Below are positions 1-11,214 of a stretch of 64,000 nucleotides of DNA, one piece after another. Position numbers and translations under genes: made by a program. This DNA is from Candidatus Krumholzibacteriia bacterium (GTDB taxonomy: Bacteria > Krumholzibacteriota > Krumholzibacteriia > JAJRXK01): assembly GCA_041484665.1 (NCBI GenBank), contig JBGPIA010000008.1:96001-160000 (forward strand), read 5' to 3'. Below the pieces are notes generated by a model that saw only the letters and a program-made list of their open reading frames with translations, did no database searches and had not been told where the DNA came from. The stretch's first letter is position 1. Each line of letters begins with the position of its first letter.

Positions 1-282
1 GTGGCTGATCCCCGCCACGCGGTCGTCCTCGTTGAAGTAGCCGGCCTTCACCCAGGTCACGATGGCGACCACGGGCGAGCCATGCTCCTCCTTCACGAGC
101 ACCGTCAGGCCGTTGGGAAGGACGCGGCGCTGCACGCCCTCGGCGAGGGACAACGACTGCGCGGGGGCCTTGGACATGGCGCTCCTCGGGACAAGCGGGA
201 GTACGGATGAGGCGGCCGCAAGGACGGCGAGAGCCGCGCGAGCCCCGCCGCCGAGGCGGCGCCGGCGCATCGGGATGGACAA
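1..282 (-). CDS. M16 family (insulinase/pitrilysin-like) zinc peptidase, N-terminal part; runs off the window start
   Basis: Not in the ORF track. My own minus-strand translation gives a signal-like N-terminus, then ...GVQRRVLPNGLTVLVKEEHGSPVVAIVTWVKAGYFNEDDRVAGISH, the classic M16 start leading into HxxEH. AGGAGG lies upstream of TTG 282; ATG 270 is an alternative start. Confidence 0.85.
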   Translation of the reverse strand, partial: MSIPMRRRRLGGGARAALAVLAAASSVLPLVPRSAMSKAPAQSLSLAEGVQRRVLPNGLTVLVKEEHGSPVVAIVTWVKAGYFNEDDRVAGISH

Positions 283-314
283 CGAGCCCTCCTCCTGGCT
301 GAAGAAGTCGTAAG

Positions 315-343
315 AGGGTAGAAACCGCTTCCACGCCCGTCAA
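315..343 (-). promoter_or_regulatory. sigma70-type promoter for the M16 peptidase
   Basis: TTGACG-N17-TACCCT on the minus strand. Confidence 0.55.
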
Positions 344-444
344 GCAAGGCGGCAACGGCCGAGCGGCGTTCCGCAGGGGCGCGCGGTGGCGGGCGCGACG
401 CCGTGGCTGCCGCCTCGCCGTCCTCACGCCGGTCGATTCTCCGC

Positions 445-474
445 TTGGAATCGCTGGGTAGGAACCCTTATGCT
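445..474 (+). promoter_or_regulatory. possible sigma70 promoter for a short plus-strand transcript
   Basis: TTGGAA-N18-TATGCT. Confidence 0.35.
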
Positions 475-479
475 TCATG

Positions 480-620
480 GTGGCCGAAGAGTTGAATGCG
501 GCCACGCGGAGCACGCTTGCGCGGGGGGCGGGGAGGCAACTGCACGGTCTCCAGCGTCCCCCGGGCAGGCAGTCTGGCACGGCAAGGCATGATCGGGAAC
601 CCCGCGGCAGCGGGGTTTTG
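480..620 (+). ncRNA. candidate structured small RNA (family not recognised)
   Basis: Lies between a putative promoter and a plus-oriented terminator. Hairpins GTGGCCG/CGGCCAC (480-505) and GGGGGCGGGGAGGC...GTCTCCAGCGTCCCCC. No convincing ORF. Confidence 0.3.
598..620 (+). terminator. intrinsic terminator
   Basis: AACCCCGC-GGCA-GCGGGGTT followed by TTGTCGTTT on the plus strand. Confidence 0.6.
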
Positions 621-674
621 TCGTTTCTGGCCCCGCGGCAGCCCTGGCGCGAGTCAACCGCCAGCGCCGCGGGT

Positions 675-1289
675 TCACCGGCCGGCGTCGCTCGAAGCGA
701 GCCACAGCTGGTGCCAGCGCGGGTCGCCCCGGAGCTCGGGATGGAAGGTGAGCGCCATGTGGCGCCCACTGCGCACCGCCACGGGCTCCTGCTCATGGAC
801 GGCGAGGACTTCCACTCCCTGCCCCAGAGCCAGGATGCGCGGCGCGCGGATGAAGACCCCCCGGGCCGGCTGCGACTGCGCGAAGTCTTGGGGCAGCGTG
901 ACGGTCGTGCCCAGCTCGGCCTCGAAGCTGTCGACCTGGCGACCGTAGGCGTTGCGCTGCAGCGTGACGTCGAGAATGCCCAGCGGCTCGACGCCGCCGG
1001 AGTCGGTGATAACGCGCGCCATGAGGATGGCCCCGGCGCAGGTGCCCAGCAGCGCGTGCCCGGCGGCGAACTCCAGCAGTGGCTGCCACAGTCCGCTGCT
1101 ACGCAGCAGACGGTGCATCGTGGTGGTCTCCCCGCCTGGCAGCACCAGGGCCCGGCAGCGCGCCAGCTCGTCGGTGCGACGCACGAGCAGCGTGGGGACG
1201 CCCATGCGCGACAGGAGCTCCGCGTGCAACGCAAAGTCGCCTTGCAGCGCCAGCAACCCCACGGGCCGGGGCGAGCAGTCGGACTCCAT
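675..1289 (-). CDS. pdxT: pyridoxal 5'-phosphate synthase glutaminase subunit
   Basis: GLLALQGDF, LPGGETT, GTCAG, RNAYGRQVDSFE, FIRAP and FHPE motifs; adjacent to pdxS. Confidence 0.96.
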   Translation of the reverse strand: MESDCSPRPVGLLALQGDFALHAELLSRMGVPTLLVRRTDELARCRALVLPGGETTTMHRLLRSSGLWQPLLEFAAGHALLGTCAGAILMARVITDSGGVEPLGILDVTLQRNAYGRQVDSFEAELGTTVTLPQDFAQSQPARGVFIRAPRILALGQGVEVLAVHEQEPVAVRSGRHMALTFHPELRGDPRWHQLWLASSDAGR

Positions 1290-1304
1290 CAGGAAGGTCT
1301 GCTC

Positions 1305-2201
1305 CTACCAGCCGCGTCCGGCCAGCAGCTCCTCGGCGGGCAGCTGCTTGGCCTGCAGGCCCGCCATCGCCGGGCCGAGATCCACGCTGATCTCGGCGAG
1401 CTTGCGCGGGTCGTCGGAGTAGGTGACGGCCTGGACGATCGCCTTGGCGCGCTGCGGCGGGTCCTCACTCTTGAAGATGCCGCTGCCCACGAACACCGAC
1501 TCGGCCCCCAGCTGCATCATGAGCGCGGCGTCGGCAGGCGTCGCCACGCCCCCGGCTGCGAAGTTCGGCACCGGCAGGCGCCCGTTGCGATGCACCCAGA
1601 GCAGGACGTGGTAGGGAGCCCCGAGGTTCTTGGCCTCGCTCATCAGCTCGTCCTCGCGCAAGACCTTCAGGCGACGGATCCCCTCCTGGACTGCGCGCAT
1701 GTGCCGGACCGCCTCGACCACGTCGCCCGTGCCCGCCTCGCCCTTGGTGCGGATCATGGCCGCGCCCTCGCCGATCCGGCGCAGCGCCTCGCCCAGATCG
1801 CGGCAACCGCACACGAAGGGCACCTGGAACGCGAACTTGTCGATGTGGTGCTGCTCGTCGGCGGGCGTGAGGACCTCGCTCTCGTCGACGAAGTCGACGC
1901 TGATGGCCTCCAGGATCTGCGCCTCGACGAAGTGTCCGATGCGACACTTGGCCATCACCGGGATCGAGACCGCCTTCTGGATGGCCTGGATCATCCCTGG
2001 ATTCGACATGCGGGCTACGCCGCCCATCGTGCGGATGTCGGCGGGTATGCGCTCCAGCGCCATGACCGCCACCGCGCCGGCGTCCTCGGCGATGCGGGCC
2101 TGCTCCACGTTCGTGACGTCCATGATGACGCCACCCTTGAGCATTTCGGCCAGGCCGACCTTCAGCCGCAGCCGTTCGTCGATCAGGTTGTCACTCGCCA
2201 T
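1305..2201 (-). CDS. pdxS: pyridoxal 5'-phosphate synthase lyase subunit
   Basis: [50 protein letters not shown]. Confidence 0.98.
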   Translation of the reverse strand: MASDNLIDERLRLKVGLAEMLKGGVIMDVTNVEQARIAEDAGAVAVMALERIPADIRTMGGVARMSNPGMIQAIQKAVSIPVMAKCRIGHFVEAQILEAISVDFVDESEVLTPADEQHHIDKFAFQVPFVCGCRDLGEALRRIGEGAAMIRTKGEAGTGDVVEAVRHMRAVQEGIRRLKVLREDELMSEAKNLGAPYHVLLWVHRNGRLPVPNFAAGGVATPADAALMMQLGAESVFVGSGIFKSEDPPQRAKAIVQAVTYSDDPRKLAEISVDLGPAMAGLQAKQLPAEELLAGRGW

Positions 2202-2516
2202 GATCGGTCTTCACCCCTCCTGGATGCGGCGGTGCTGGGTCGGGCCACGCCGCGCGCTCGGCCAGGTCTGCGCCCGGCTGGCGTGCGGCCTCCGCAGGGG
2301 AGCGCAGGGTTCGGGCGCCGGGTGGCCGAGCGCACGCCGCGCCGTCGATAGTATAGGTGGCGGCCCGGGCACGGGCAACGCACGCGCAAGCGCGGCGCGC
2401 GCGCCCGGCGCGATTGGATGGGCGCAGCCGCCGGTACGATTGGTGGGTCCCCGGCGCTCGCGTGATGGGTGGGGCTCCGCCGTCCGCGCGACGGGCGGGA
2501 CACTTGCGCTCGCCGG

Positions 2517-3827
2517 TCAGAACAGCAGGACCACGACGACGCCCGCTGCCAGCACGGGCAGGGCCATCAGCCAGGTGACTGGCCAGCGGCGGCCCTCCCA
2601 CACGCGCGCGATTCCGTAGCCCGCCATCAGACACAGGAACGGCAGCGCCACGATCTGGGCAGTGAGCGACGCTCCGGCCAGCACCGCGGTCACCCAGGGC
2701 AGCAACAGACCACCGAACAGCGGAACGTAGGCCCGTACGCTGCCGGCCAGCGCCACGCAGCCCAGCCACGACAGGGCGAGGATCGCTCCGATCGGCACCA
2801 TGGGCAGCTGCGAGGGTTTCCAGACGGAGGCCGGCAGCCACGCGCTGGGGGGCACCGGGAGCGGCCCGCCAAGATAGGCCACCGCCCGCCGCAGGTACGA
2901 CGTCAGCGCGGATCCGGGATGCCGTGCGAGCTCGCCCGCCGCTAGGCGCAGCCACGCGCAACCGCGGCCGAGCTCGCGACGGGTCCGGCCAGGCTCCAGG
3001 CGCTCGAGCAGCAGCAGCCCGTACTGCCGGCGGGCGAGCAGATCGCTCACGTTGGCCAGACCCTCCCGCGAGGCGAGCCCCCTGCTGGCCGCTCCGAGGT
3101 AGAGCTCGAAGGGCGCGTTGGCGCACGGTGCCACCAGGTCGCGCTGCGTGAGCGCGTTGTGCAGGAGCACCGGACTGAGCACCGCCAGGTGGCCGGCCAG
3201 CAGGTAGCCTGCGCCCACCGCCAGGCGCCATCCCCGGAAGGCCCTCGCACGCATCGCCATCCACACCAGCGCCACAGCGGTCCACAGCACGCCCAGCCCG
3301 CTCAACAGCGAAAGCGCGCCCGAGCCCAGCCCCAGGCGCAACGCGTGCTGGCCGGTACTGCGCGCGTGCAGGCGCGAGAGCATGGACGCGAACAGCAGGC
3401 AGCCCAGGCTGATTGCTACCGCGGGCACGATCGCCATGCATGCCATGAGCGATTGCCGGCTGAGAGCGCACAGCAGCCCGGCCAACACCGCGCCGCGGTA
3501 GCCAATCCACCGCTCCCCTACGTGGAAGGTAGCGGCCGCCAGCAGGCTCCCGAGCAGCCACTGCAGCACCAGCACCAGCACTCCGCCGCCATGCAGCGAC
3601 GAGTCCAGCGCGACCCCGAGCAGATACAGGGGGCTGCCCACCCAAGCGACCTCCGGTCGCACGAGGAAGGCGCCCAGGCCGAAGTCCTGCAGCGTGAAGG
3701 GAACAGGAACCGCGGCCTCCATGGCCACCCGCAGTTCGTCGGGCGCGGTGCGGAGCACGCGCAGCACCGGGACCAGGCGCCACACGACCGCGAGCAGCGC
3801 GATCGCCAGCGCGGTCTTTCGCCGCAC
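2517..3827 (-). CDS. polytopic membrane protein, possibly a GT-C/ArnT(PMT_2)-like glycosyltransferase
   Basis: About 10-12 hydrophobic segments. SPLY..., LQWLLG, SPVLLHN...N..FELYLG and I..HPG...Y patterns recall GT39-like proteins. Start uncertain (GTG 3827 or 3884). Confidence 0.5.
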   Translation of the reverse strand: MRRKTALAIALLAVVWRLVPVLRVLRTAPDELRVAMEAAVPVPFTLQDFGLGAFLVRPEVAWVGSPLYLLGVALDSSLHGGGVLVLVLQWLLGSLLAAATFHVGERWIGYRGAVLAGLLCALSRQSLMACMAIVPAVAISLGCLLFASMLSRLHARSTGQHALRLGLGSGALSLLSGLGVLWTAVALVWMAMRARAFRGWRLAVGAGYLLAGHLAVLSPVLLHNALTQRDLVAPCANAPFELYLGAASRGLASREGLANVSDLLARRQYGLLLLERLEPGRTRRELGRGCAWLRLAAGELARHPGSALTSYLRRAVAYLGGPLPVPPSAWLPASVWKPSQLPMVPIGAILALSWLGCVALAGSVRAYVPLFGGLLLPWVTAVLAGASLTAQIVALPFLCLMAGYGIARVWEGRRWPVTWLMALPVLAAGVVVVLLF

Positions 3828-3926
3828 GCTGGCCGAGACGACGCCGCTGTCGAGGGTCGGTGTCGAGCCGCTGCGTGAGACCAAAGTTAGCCTGTCCGAT
3901 CCGCGCTCCGTCGCGCCGGTTGCGCG

Positions 3927-5492
<1,566 letters not shown>

Positions 5493-5589
5493 TCAGGCTC
5501 GACAGCGGCGCGGCGCGGGGGCGCGCATTGCGGCAGCGGACTGCGCATCACCATCCGACGCCTTGCGTGGGGCGCAGCGCGGTGGCGGC

Positions 5590-8274
5590 CTACTTGGCCA
5601 GCAGGAGCTTCTTCTGCTGCGCGAACCCGCCGGCGGCCATCCGGTAGAAGTACAGCCCGCTGGCCATAGAGCGGCCGGCATCGTCTCGGCCGTCCCACAC
5701 CACCTGGTGGTAGCCGGCCGTCACGCTACCGTCGACCAGCGCGCGCACCACGCGGCCACGCACGTCGTAGATCTCCAAGCGCACGCGGCCGGCAGCCGGG
5801 ACGTCGTAACGGATGGTCGTGGAGGGATTGAATGGATTGGGGAAGTTCTGCGCGAGCGCGTACGCCGCTGGCAGCACGACCACCGGCGGCGCCGCGGTAG
5901 CGGACGACCGGACCTCGAACGCGCCCTCCACCATGGCGGTCTGGCCGTCGGGGTTCTCCACGACGACGGAGTAGGTGCCGGGGTAGGCGTGCAGCAGGTC
6001 GAACGCCGCGCCGACCACCGCGCGATCCTCCCACACGACGCGCGTGGCCCGCACCGGTGGGAACTCCGGCCGGACCAGGCGCACCGTTGACCCGTGCTGC
6101 ACCTCGGCCGCGCCCAGCAGCGTGACCAGCTGCTCGGCCGAGCCCTTGGCGGCCGAGTCGGGCGTGACGCCGGTGAACGCCGGAGCGGGATCGCCGGCCG
6201 TGAACGTTGCAAGGATGTTCTCCCCCGCCGCGTCGATGTTGCGGACGGCGATGATCGTGGGATGCCCGCTGTTGGAGACGCTGCTCGGGTTGCTCGCGGC
6301 ATCGAAGGTGACCTTTGCGCTGCTCCCCGGAAAGGCGTCGCCGCCGTCGCCGCGGTTGAGGCCGGTGAGCAGGCTGCGCAGCCCGTCGGCCTCCTCGATC
6401 ACCACGCCGCGCACGCTGTCGTTGCTCATGCCACCGGTGTTCTCGTTCCCCGAGTCGATGACCTCCTGGTCGACATGGTAGATCACCAGGCCCTTCCCGG
6501 GGACGAAGGCGTCGTAGCCCACCGCCTCGCGGTTCTCCACCAGCCAGCGCTCCGAGCGCGGATTGTCACGCTGCGTATCGGGCTGGTACCAGCCCTGCAG
6601 GTGCTGCTCGAAGTCCGCGGCGTAGCTCTCCCCACCGCCCTGCACGCGCAGGTCGTCGACAACGAAGGGGCTGCACGCGGCGGTGTAATGCCCGTCCTCG
6701 TTGGAGAAGTAGGCATCACTGATGAAGCGGAACTTGACGCGGTAGTCCGTGGGCGCGCTCCCCAAGAGCGGGGTGAGCACGATGCTCGCCGTGCCGGTGG
6801 CGGTGCCATCGTAGACCGCCACCGCCGACTCGTTGTCGCCGACGTCCACCAGGGCGAAGGCGTAATCGTAGAGCGCTTCGGTCTGGACGGCGTAGCGGTA
6901 CGACAGGCTCACCGGGCCGGCGCCGCTGAAGTGGAAATCGTGCGCCACGGTTTCGCGCCAGCCGTTGCCATAGCCCTTGCTCGCCGCCCAGCCACGCGCG
7001 GCGCTTTCGTCCTGGGTGAGCCCCACCGCCAACGACGCGGCCCCCGCCAGCGGACAGTCGGTGCGCCGCCGCCAGCGGTCGTCGGTGAAGCCGAGCTCGT
7101 AAACCACGGACGATTGCTCCACCGGCCTCACTTCGATCGGCGTACCGCGCCAGTCCACCGCCACGGTGTTGACCCACCCCAGCTCCCGCTTGCTCCACGC
7201 GCTCATGTGCGCGGGCGAGGAGGGCACGTTCCAATTGCCGCTAGCCATCAGGCACCAGTGGCCCAGTCCGGAGCTGCCGCCGTTGATGTCGTAGAGATCG
7301 GGCAGCCCGAAGGCGTGGCCGAACTCGTGGCAGAAGACGCCGATCTCGATGCGCTGGCTGGTGCCGACACAGGAGTAGGCCGGCTGGATGGTGTAGTCGT
7401 CGATGAGGATGTAGCCGCCATTCGCCGCAGCATCCTGCGTCTGGTAGGGGGCGCCGCCGCTGGCGTTCCAGGCGCGATACACCCAACGGTGCGACCAGAT
7501 GTTGCCGCTGCCGCCGCACTCGCCACCCTGCTCGGGGTGCACGAAGGCCACGAAGTCGACATAGCCATCGTCATCGCCGCTGTTGGGAATGCCGTCGGGC
7601 CCGTCGTTGTCGTACTGGCCGAAGTCGACCTGGGCGTCGTAGGCGTCCAGCGTGTGGCGGATCAGGTCGCCGACGTGGGCATTGGACGGGTTCGACCCGT
7701 AGGAGGAGCCCTCGTACCAGGTGTCATTCTGGGGGAGCTGGTGCCATCCGTAGACCTGGCCCACCGCGTGGACGCGGCCGCCGCTGATCTCCGTGTAGAA
7801 GTCGGTCAGCGTCCGCGGCGAGGCGCCGCCGCCGAACAGCTCCTGCTCGAGGTCTTGCGTGGGGTACGGGTCGGCCGGCGTGTTGGCGAACTTCACCATG
7901 AACACCGGGATGTGGAACGTGCCGCCGACGGCGGTGGCGACCGCTGTGACCGGGACCGCCGTCGACTGCGCCAGCGATCCCGGCGGCGCGGCCGAGCCCG
8001 ACTGCAGTGCCGGCGACGGGCGCTGCGCCGATCCCGCCTGCGGCGCCACGTCCACCTGCCCCAGGCGCGCGCGGGCCTGCGCGGCGCGCTGGGTCTTCTG
8101 GATCCAGGCGCGGCGCAGCTGGAAGGCGTCGGGATGCTCGCTCAGAAACGCCCGCAGCTGCGCGGGAACCTCAACGCCGGGCGCGGGTGGGCAGATCTGC
8201 CCAGCGGCTGGGGAAAGCGGCGCAACGGCAGCCATGGCGAGCAGGGCGCCGACAGGTAGGAGCGACCGTGGCAT
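5590..8274 (-). CDS. secreted M6 family (immune inhibitor A-like) metalloprotease with C-terminal FlgD-Ig-like sorting domain
   Basis: Signal peptide; IWSHRW; IGVFCHEFGHAFGLPDLYD; HMSAWSK; C-terminal QNFPNPFNPSTTI...IYDVRGRVV...WDGRD...SGLYF...KKLLLAK. Confidence 0.9.
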   Translation of the reverse strand: MPRSLLPVGALLAMAAVAPLSPAAGQICPPAPGVEVPAQLRAFLSEHPDAFQLRRAWIQKTQRAAQARARLGQVDVAPQAGSAQRPSPALQSGSAAPPGSLAQSTAVPVTAVATAVGGTFHIPVFMVKFANTPADPYPTQDLEQELFGGGASPRTLTDFYTEISGGRVHAVGQVYGWHQLPQNDTWYEGSSYGSNPSNAHVGDLIRHTLDAYDAQVDFGQYDNDGPDGIPNSGDDDGYVDFVAFVHPEQGGECGGSGNIWSHRWVYRAWNASGGAPYQTQDAAANGGYILIDDYTIQPAYSCVGTSQRIEIGVFCHEFGHAFGLPDLYDINGGSSGLGHWCLMASGNWNVPSSPAHMSAWSKRELGWVNTVAVDWRGTPIEVRPVEQSSVVYELGFTDDRWRRRTDCPLAGAASLAVGLTQDESAARGWAASKGYGNGWRETVAHDFHFSGAGPVSLSYRYAVQTEALYDYAFALVDVGDNESAVAVYDGTATGTASIVLTPLLGSAPTDYRVKFRFISDAYFSNEDGHYTAACSPFVVDDLRVQGGGESYAADFEQHLQGWYQPDTQRDNPRSERWLVENREAVGYDAFVPGKGLVIYHVDQEVIDSGNENTGGMSNDSVRGVVIEEADGLRSLLTGLNRGDGGDAFPGSSAKVTFDAASNPSSVSNSGHPTIIAVRNIDAAGENILATFTAGDPAPAFTGVTPDSAAKGSAEQLVTLLGAAEVQHGSTVRLVRPEFPPVRATRVVWEDRAVVGAAFDLLHAYPGTYSVVVENPDGQTAMVEGAFEVRSSATAAPPVVVLPAAYALAQNFPNPFNPSTTIRYDVPAAGRVRLEIYDVRGRVVRALVDGSVTAGYHQVVWDGRDDAGRSMASGLYFYRMAAGGFAQQKKLLLAK

Positions 8275-8363
8275 GGAATCTCCGGGAAGGGGACGAAGCC
8301 GCACTTCGGCAGGCCGCGGCCGGTGAATACCCTTCTCGCAGGAGGTACGCCAATGGTACCGGG

Positions 8364-9755
8364 TCAGAATTCCACGCGCAACGCGAGATTGGCCAGGGTG
8401 AGGCGGTTGTCGTCCTGCGCGCGCGCGTGCGACTCGGGCTCGTCGCTCACGAACGCGTGGAGCGATACCTGGGGCCGCAGCTGGACGGATCCCACGAGCG
8501 TGCTGCGCAGGAACGTGTAGTCACTGTAGATGCTCAGCTCGTCGCCGCTGTGACCGTAGAAGCGGCGTCCCACCTCCTGGGACACGCTGACCCAGACGTG
8601 GCCGGCCGAGAACCACTCCACTTGCAACAGCACGCTGGGCTCCCGGTACTTCTCCTCGACGCTGCGGGGGGAGGCCAGCCACGTCCAGCGCGGCTCGACG
8701 CCGACGCGCAGCGCGCCGCCGGCGTGGGTGGCGCGCACTCCCACCCGCCCCGCCCACAGGTCGTAGTAGACCTGCGCCGTGTCCTCCACATCGTAGAAGA
8801 GGGCCTGGTGCGAGGTCCGCAGCTCGAGCTCCCAGCGTGGTGAGAGGTCGGCGCGCAGCACGGGCTCCACGATCGCATCCCAGAATGGGCTGCGCGCGCG
8901 GGGATTCTGGTAGACCCGGCGCTCGACGCGGCCGGGCAGATCGAGCCGCCAACGCTCGGAGAGCTGCAGCGACACGTCGGCGGTGGCCCAGCCTCGCTGG
9001 TAGCTGATCGCCGACGAGTCGGGCACGTCGCGGAAGCCGCCACCGCTCTCGAGATCGGCGGCCACGCGATCGGTGTGCGCAGCGGCGGTGAGGCTGAAGT
9101 CCATGCGCGTCTGGTCCTGCTCGAACGTCGAGCGACGCCGGAAGTTGGTGGCGTCCAGCCGCTCCCTCACTCCCACCTCCCAGCGCGTGCTGACCTCGCG
9201 GCGCAGCTGGGCCTGCTGCTGGATGCGTCCGTAGTTGCTGCTGAGGCTGAAGTCGCTGTCAGCGCGGAACTGCCGGCCTTCCACATCGAGGCTGAGGTCG
9301 GCGCGCGTGGGCCGCTCGACCGGCCGCCAGCGATACTGCAGGGCCAAGCTCTCGCGGTAGAGGTCGGTGCCTGCGGAGAGTCGCGTCCGAGCCTGCCAGC
9401 GGTGCTGCCGGCCGGTCCCCGCCAGCGAGAGCTCCAGCTGTGCGCGGGCCTCGGTGAAGACGTCGGTGGTGTCGCGTAGCGCGGAGTTGCTCCCGATCAG
9501 GTCGCCGGGAGTGGTCCCCTCCAACAACAGCTCGTCGGTGAGGGTGAACGACTGGAAGAAGCTGTCGAAGCCCAGCTCCAGCGCCGCGCCGGGGTCGAGG
9601 CCCGAGGCGAGCACGCAGGGGGCGAGCGCCGCCAACGCAAGCAGCGCCAGCGCCGCGGTCGGCCCGGCAGCAGCCGGCCCGGCCGCGCGGCATTGGGCGC
9701 GCAGGCGGGTGCGGAAGGTGGAGGACAGGTCGGCTCGGGGCCGGTTCGGGTGCAC
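8364..9755 (-). CDS. putative outer-membrane beta-barrel protein
   Basis: Signal-like segment, alternating amphipathic beta-strands and a terminal ...ANLALRVEF beta-signal. Start uncertain. Confidence 0.65.
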   Translation of the reverse strand: MHPNRPRADLSSTFRTRLRAQCRAAGPAAAGPTAALALLALAALAPCVLASGLDPGAALELGFDSFFQSFTLTDELLLEGTTPGDLIGSNSALRDTTDVFTEARAQLELSLAGTGRQHRWQARTRLSAGTDLYRESLALQYRWRPVERPTRADLSLDVEGRQFRADSDFSLSSNYGRIQQQAQLRREVSTRWEVGVRERLDATNFRRRSTFEQDQTRMDFSLTAAAHTDRVAADLESGGGFRDVPDSSAISYQRGWATADVSLQLSERWRLDLPGRVERRVYQNPRARSPFWDAIVEPVLRADLSPRWELELRTSHQALFYDVEDTAQVYYDLWAGRVGVRATHAGGALRVGVEPRWTWLASPRSVEEKYREPSVLLQVEWFSAGHVWVSVSQEVGRRFYGHSGDELSIYSDYTFLRSTLVGSVQLRPQVSLHAFVSDEPESHARAQDDNRLTLANLALRVEF

Positions 9756-9816
9756 GGGGCGGCGCGCGGGCCCCCGTGCGCGTCCCTCGGGTTTGGGTTG
9801 CGCGCGGCGCGGCGCC

Positions 9817-10932
9817 TCAGCGCCGCAGCTCCTCCAGCCGGCGCGCGGCACGGCCCAGCAGGTCCAGCCCTACGCGCAGCTGGGCCAGCGCGCTGTCGTA
9901 GCTGCTGCGCGCCAGCTCGGCCTGCGCGCGGCCGCGTGCCTCGAGCGCCTGCTGGATCACAGCCCCCACCTCCTGCGGAAGCTCGGGCTCGCCGGCGGTG
10001 CGCAGCTGCTCGAGCTTGGCGTCGAAGCGGTCCATGGCCTGGCGCACGTCGCTCTCGGTGACCTGGCCGCCGAGCGCGTCGAGCAGATCGCGGACGATGC
10101 CGCGGCTCTGCAGCGTGAGCCGCAGGGCCATGAACGGATGCTCCGTGCGCAGCGCGTCCTCCGAGCGGTCCTGCAGGCGCAGCGCCTGGTGCAGGCGCTG
10201 GCGCTGCGAGTCGGAAATCGCTTCCTCGCGCTGCTGCGCGCGGTCGAGCAGGTCGCGGGTGCGGCGCAGCTCCTGCTCGAGACGCTCGTGTCCGTAGGCC
10301 CCCGGCTCGCGGTCGCCGGCGAGGCCGCGCAGGATGGCGTTCGCCGAATCGGCCAGCCGCAGAGCCACCTCGAAGCTCTGATCGTGGAACTGGCGCTCGG
10401 CGGAGTCCAGCAGTCGCGCCGCCTCGTCCAGCAGGCGCCGCTGCTGCGCGTCGCCCTCCTGCGCCAGCGCGTCGGTGAGCTCGTCGTACACGCGCCGGCC
10501 GCGCTCGATCTGCAGCCGGGAGCGCTCTTCCAGCGTGCTCTGCTCGCGCAGCACCCGCTCGGCCTGCCGGCCGAGGTCGCGGGCGCGCTGCGTGTTCGCC
10601 AGGACCCGCTGGCCCATGTCGCGCCGGGCGGCCAGGCCGAGGTTGTCGATGCTGGCGCTCAGCTGGTCGAACATCTCGCGGGCGAGTTTCTGCAGCCGCA
10701 CCGCATCGTCGAAGAGGCTCTGGGCCTTGGGACGATTGGACTCGGTCACCATGGAGCCGACGCGCTCCAGGACGTCATCGGTGCGGTCCAGCTGGTTCTG
10801 GAGCAGCTCGAGCAACTCCGAGCCGGCGGCCGCGCGGATCGGCGGTTGTGCCGCGGCGGGGGGGGCCAGGCCCAGGTTGACGGCGCACGCCAGCAGCGCC
10901 ACTGCAACCGGATGCCTCAACGATGCGCCCAT
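9817..10932 (-). CDS. exported alpha-helical repeat protein
   Basis: Sec signal peptide (AAA-Q), then repeated helical units (L..A..LQ..A...) rich in E/R/Q/L/A. Confidence 0.75.
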   Translation of the reverse strand: MGASLRHPVAVALLACAVNLGLAPPAAAQPPIRAAAGSELLELLQNQLDRTDDVLERVGSMVTESNRPKAQSLFDDAVRLQKLAREMFDQLSASIDNLGLAARRDMGQRVLANTQRARDLGRQAERVLREQSTLEERSRLQIERGRRVYDELTDALAQEGDAQQRRLLDEAARLLDSAERQFHDQSFEVALRLADSANAILRGLAGDREPGAYGHERLEQELRRTRDLLDRAQQREEAISDSQRQRLHQALRLQDRSEDALRTEHPFMALRLTLQSRGIVRDLLDALGGQVTESDVRQAMDRFDAKLEQLRTAGEPELPQEVGAVIQQALEARGRAQAELARSSYDSALAQLRVGLDLLGRAARRLEELRR

Positions 10933-11004
10933 GGCTCAGCCTCCTGCAGCAGCCCCCGCCTGCGCCGGGAGCGACCCATCCCCCCGTCTCCACGCGCAGG
11001 AGCC

Positions 11005-11020
11005 TGCATGGCCCGTTCCG
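11005..11020 (-). promoter_or_regulatory. sigma-54 (-24/-12) promoter
   Basis: CGGAACGGGCCATGCA on the minus strand gives GG-N10-GC spacing; lies directly downstream of a bEBP gene. Confidence 0.5.
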
Positions 11021-11138
11021 TGCGAACAGTGGTTGCCGTCGGCCGGATCACACTATCGTAAGTATCGTATTTACAATTAATTGCAACCATATGTGCAAGC
11101 GATCCCTGATGCGGAGCGCGCAGCGCCCGCTGGCGGGC

Positions 11139-11164
11139 TGTACGCGCGGGGACAGGCTGTCCCC
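11139..11164. promoter_or_regulatory. putative bEBP upstream activator sequence
   Basis: TGT-N10-ACA (11139-11154) overlapping GGGGACA-GGC-TGTCCCC, about 120-140 bp upstream of the -24 box. An AT-rich (IHF-like) tract at ~11054-11095 lies between them. Confidence 0.45.
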
Positions 11165-11214
11165 CCAGGGGCGCGCGAGGAGCGGCCGCCGCGCGACGCC
11201 GCCTTGCCTCTGCG

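Noticed and set aside
477..2619. Long plus-strand ORFs (624 aa, 329 aa)
   Set aside because: They are antisense shadows of pdxT/pdxS, as is typical of high-GC DNA.
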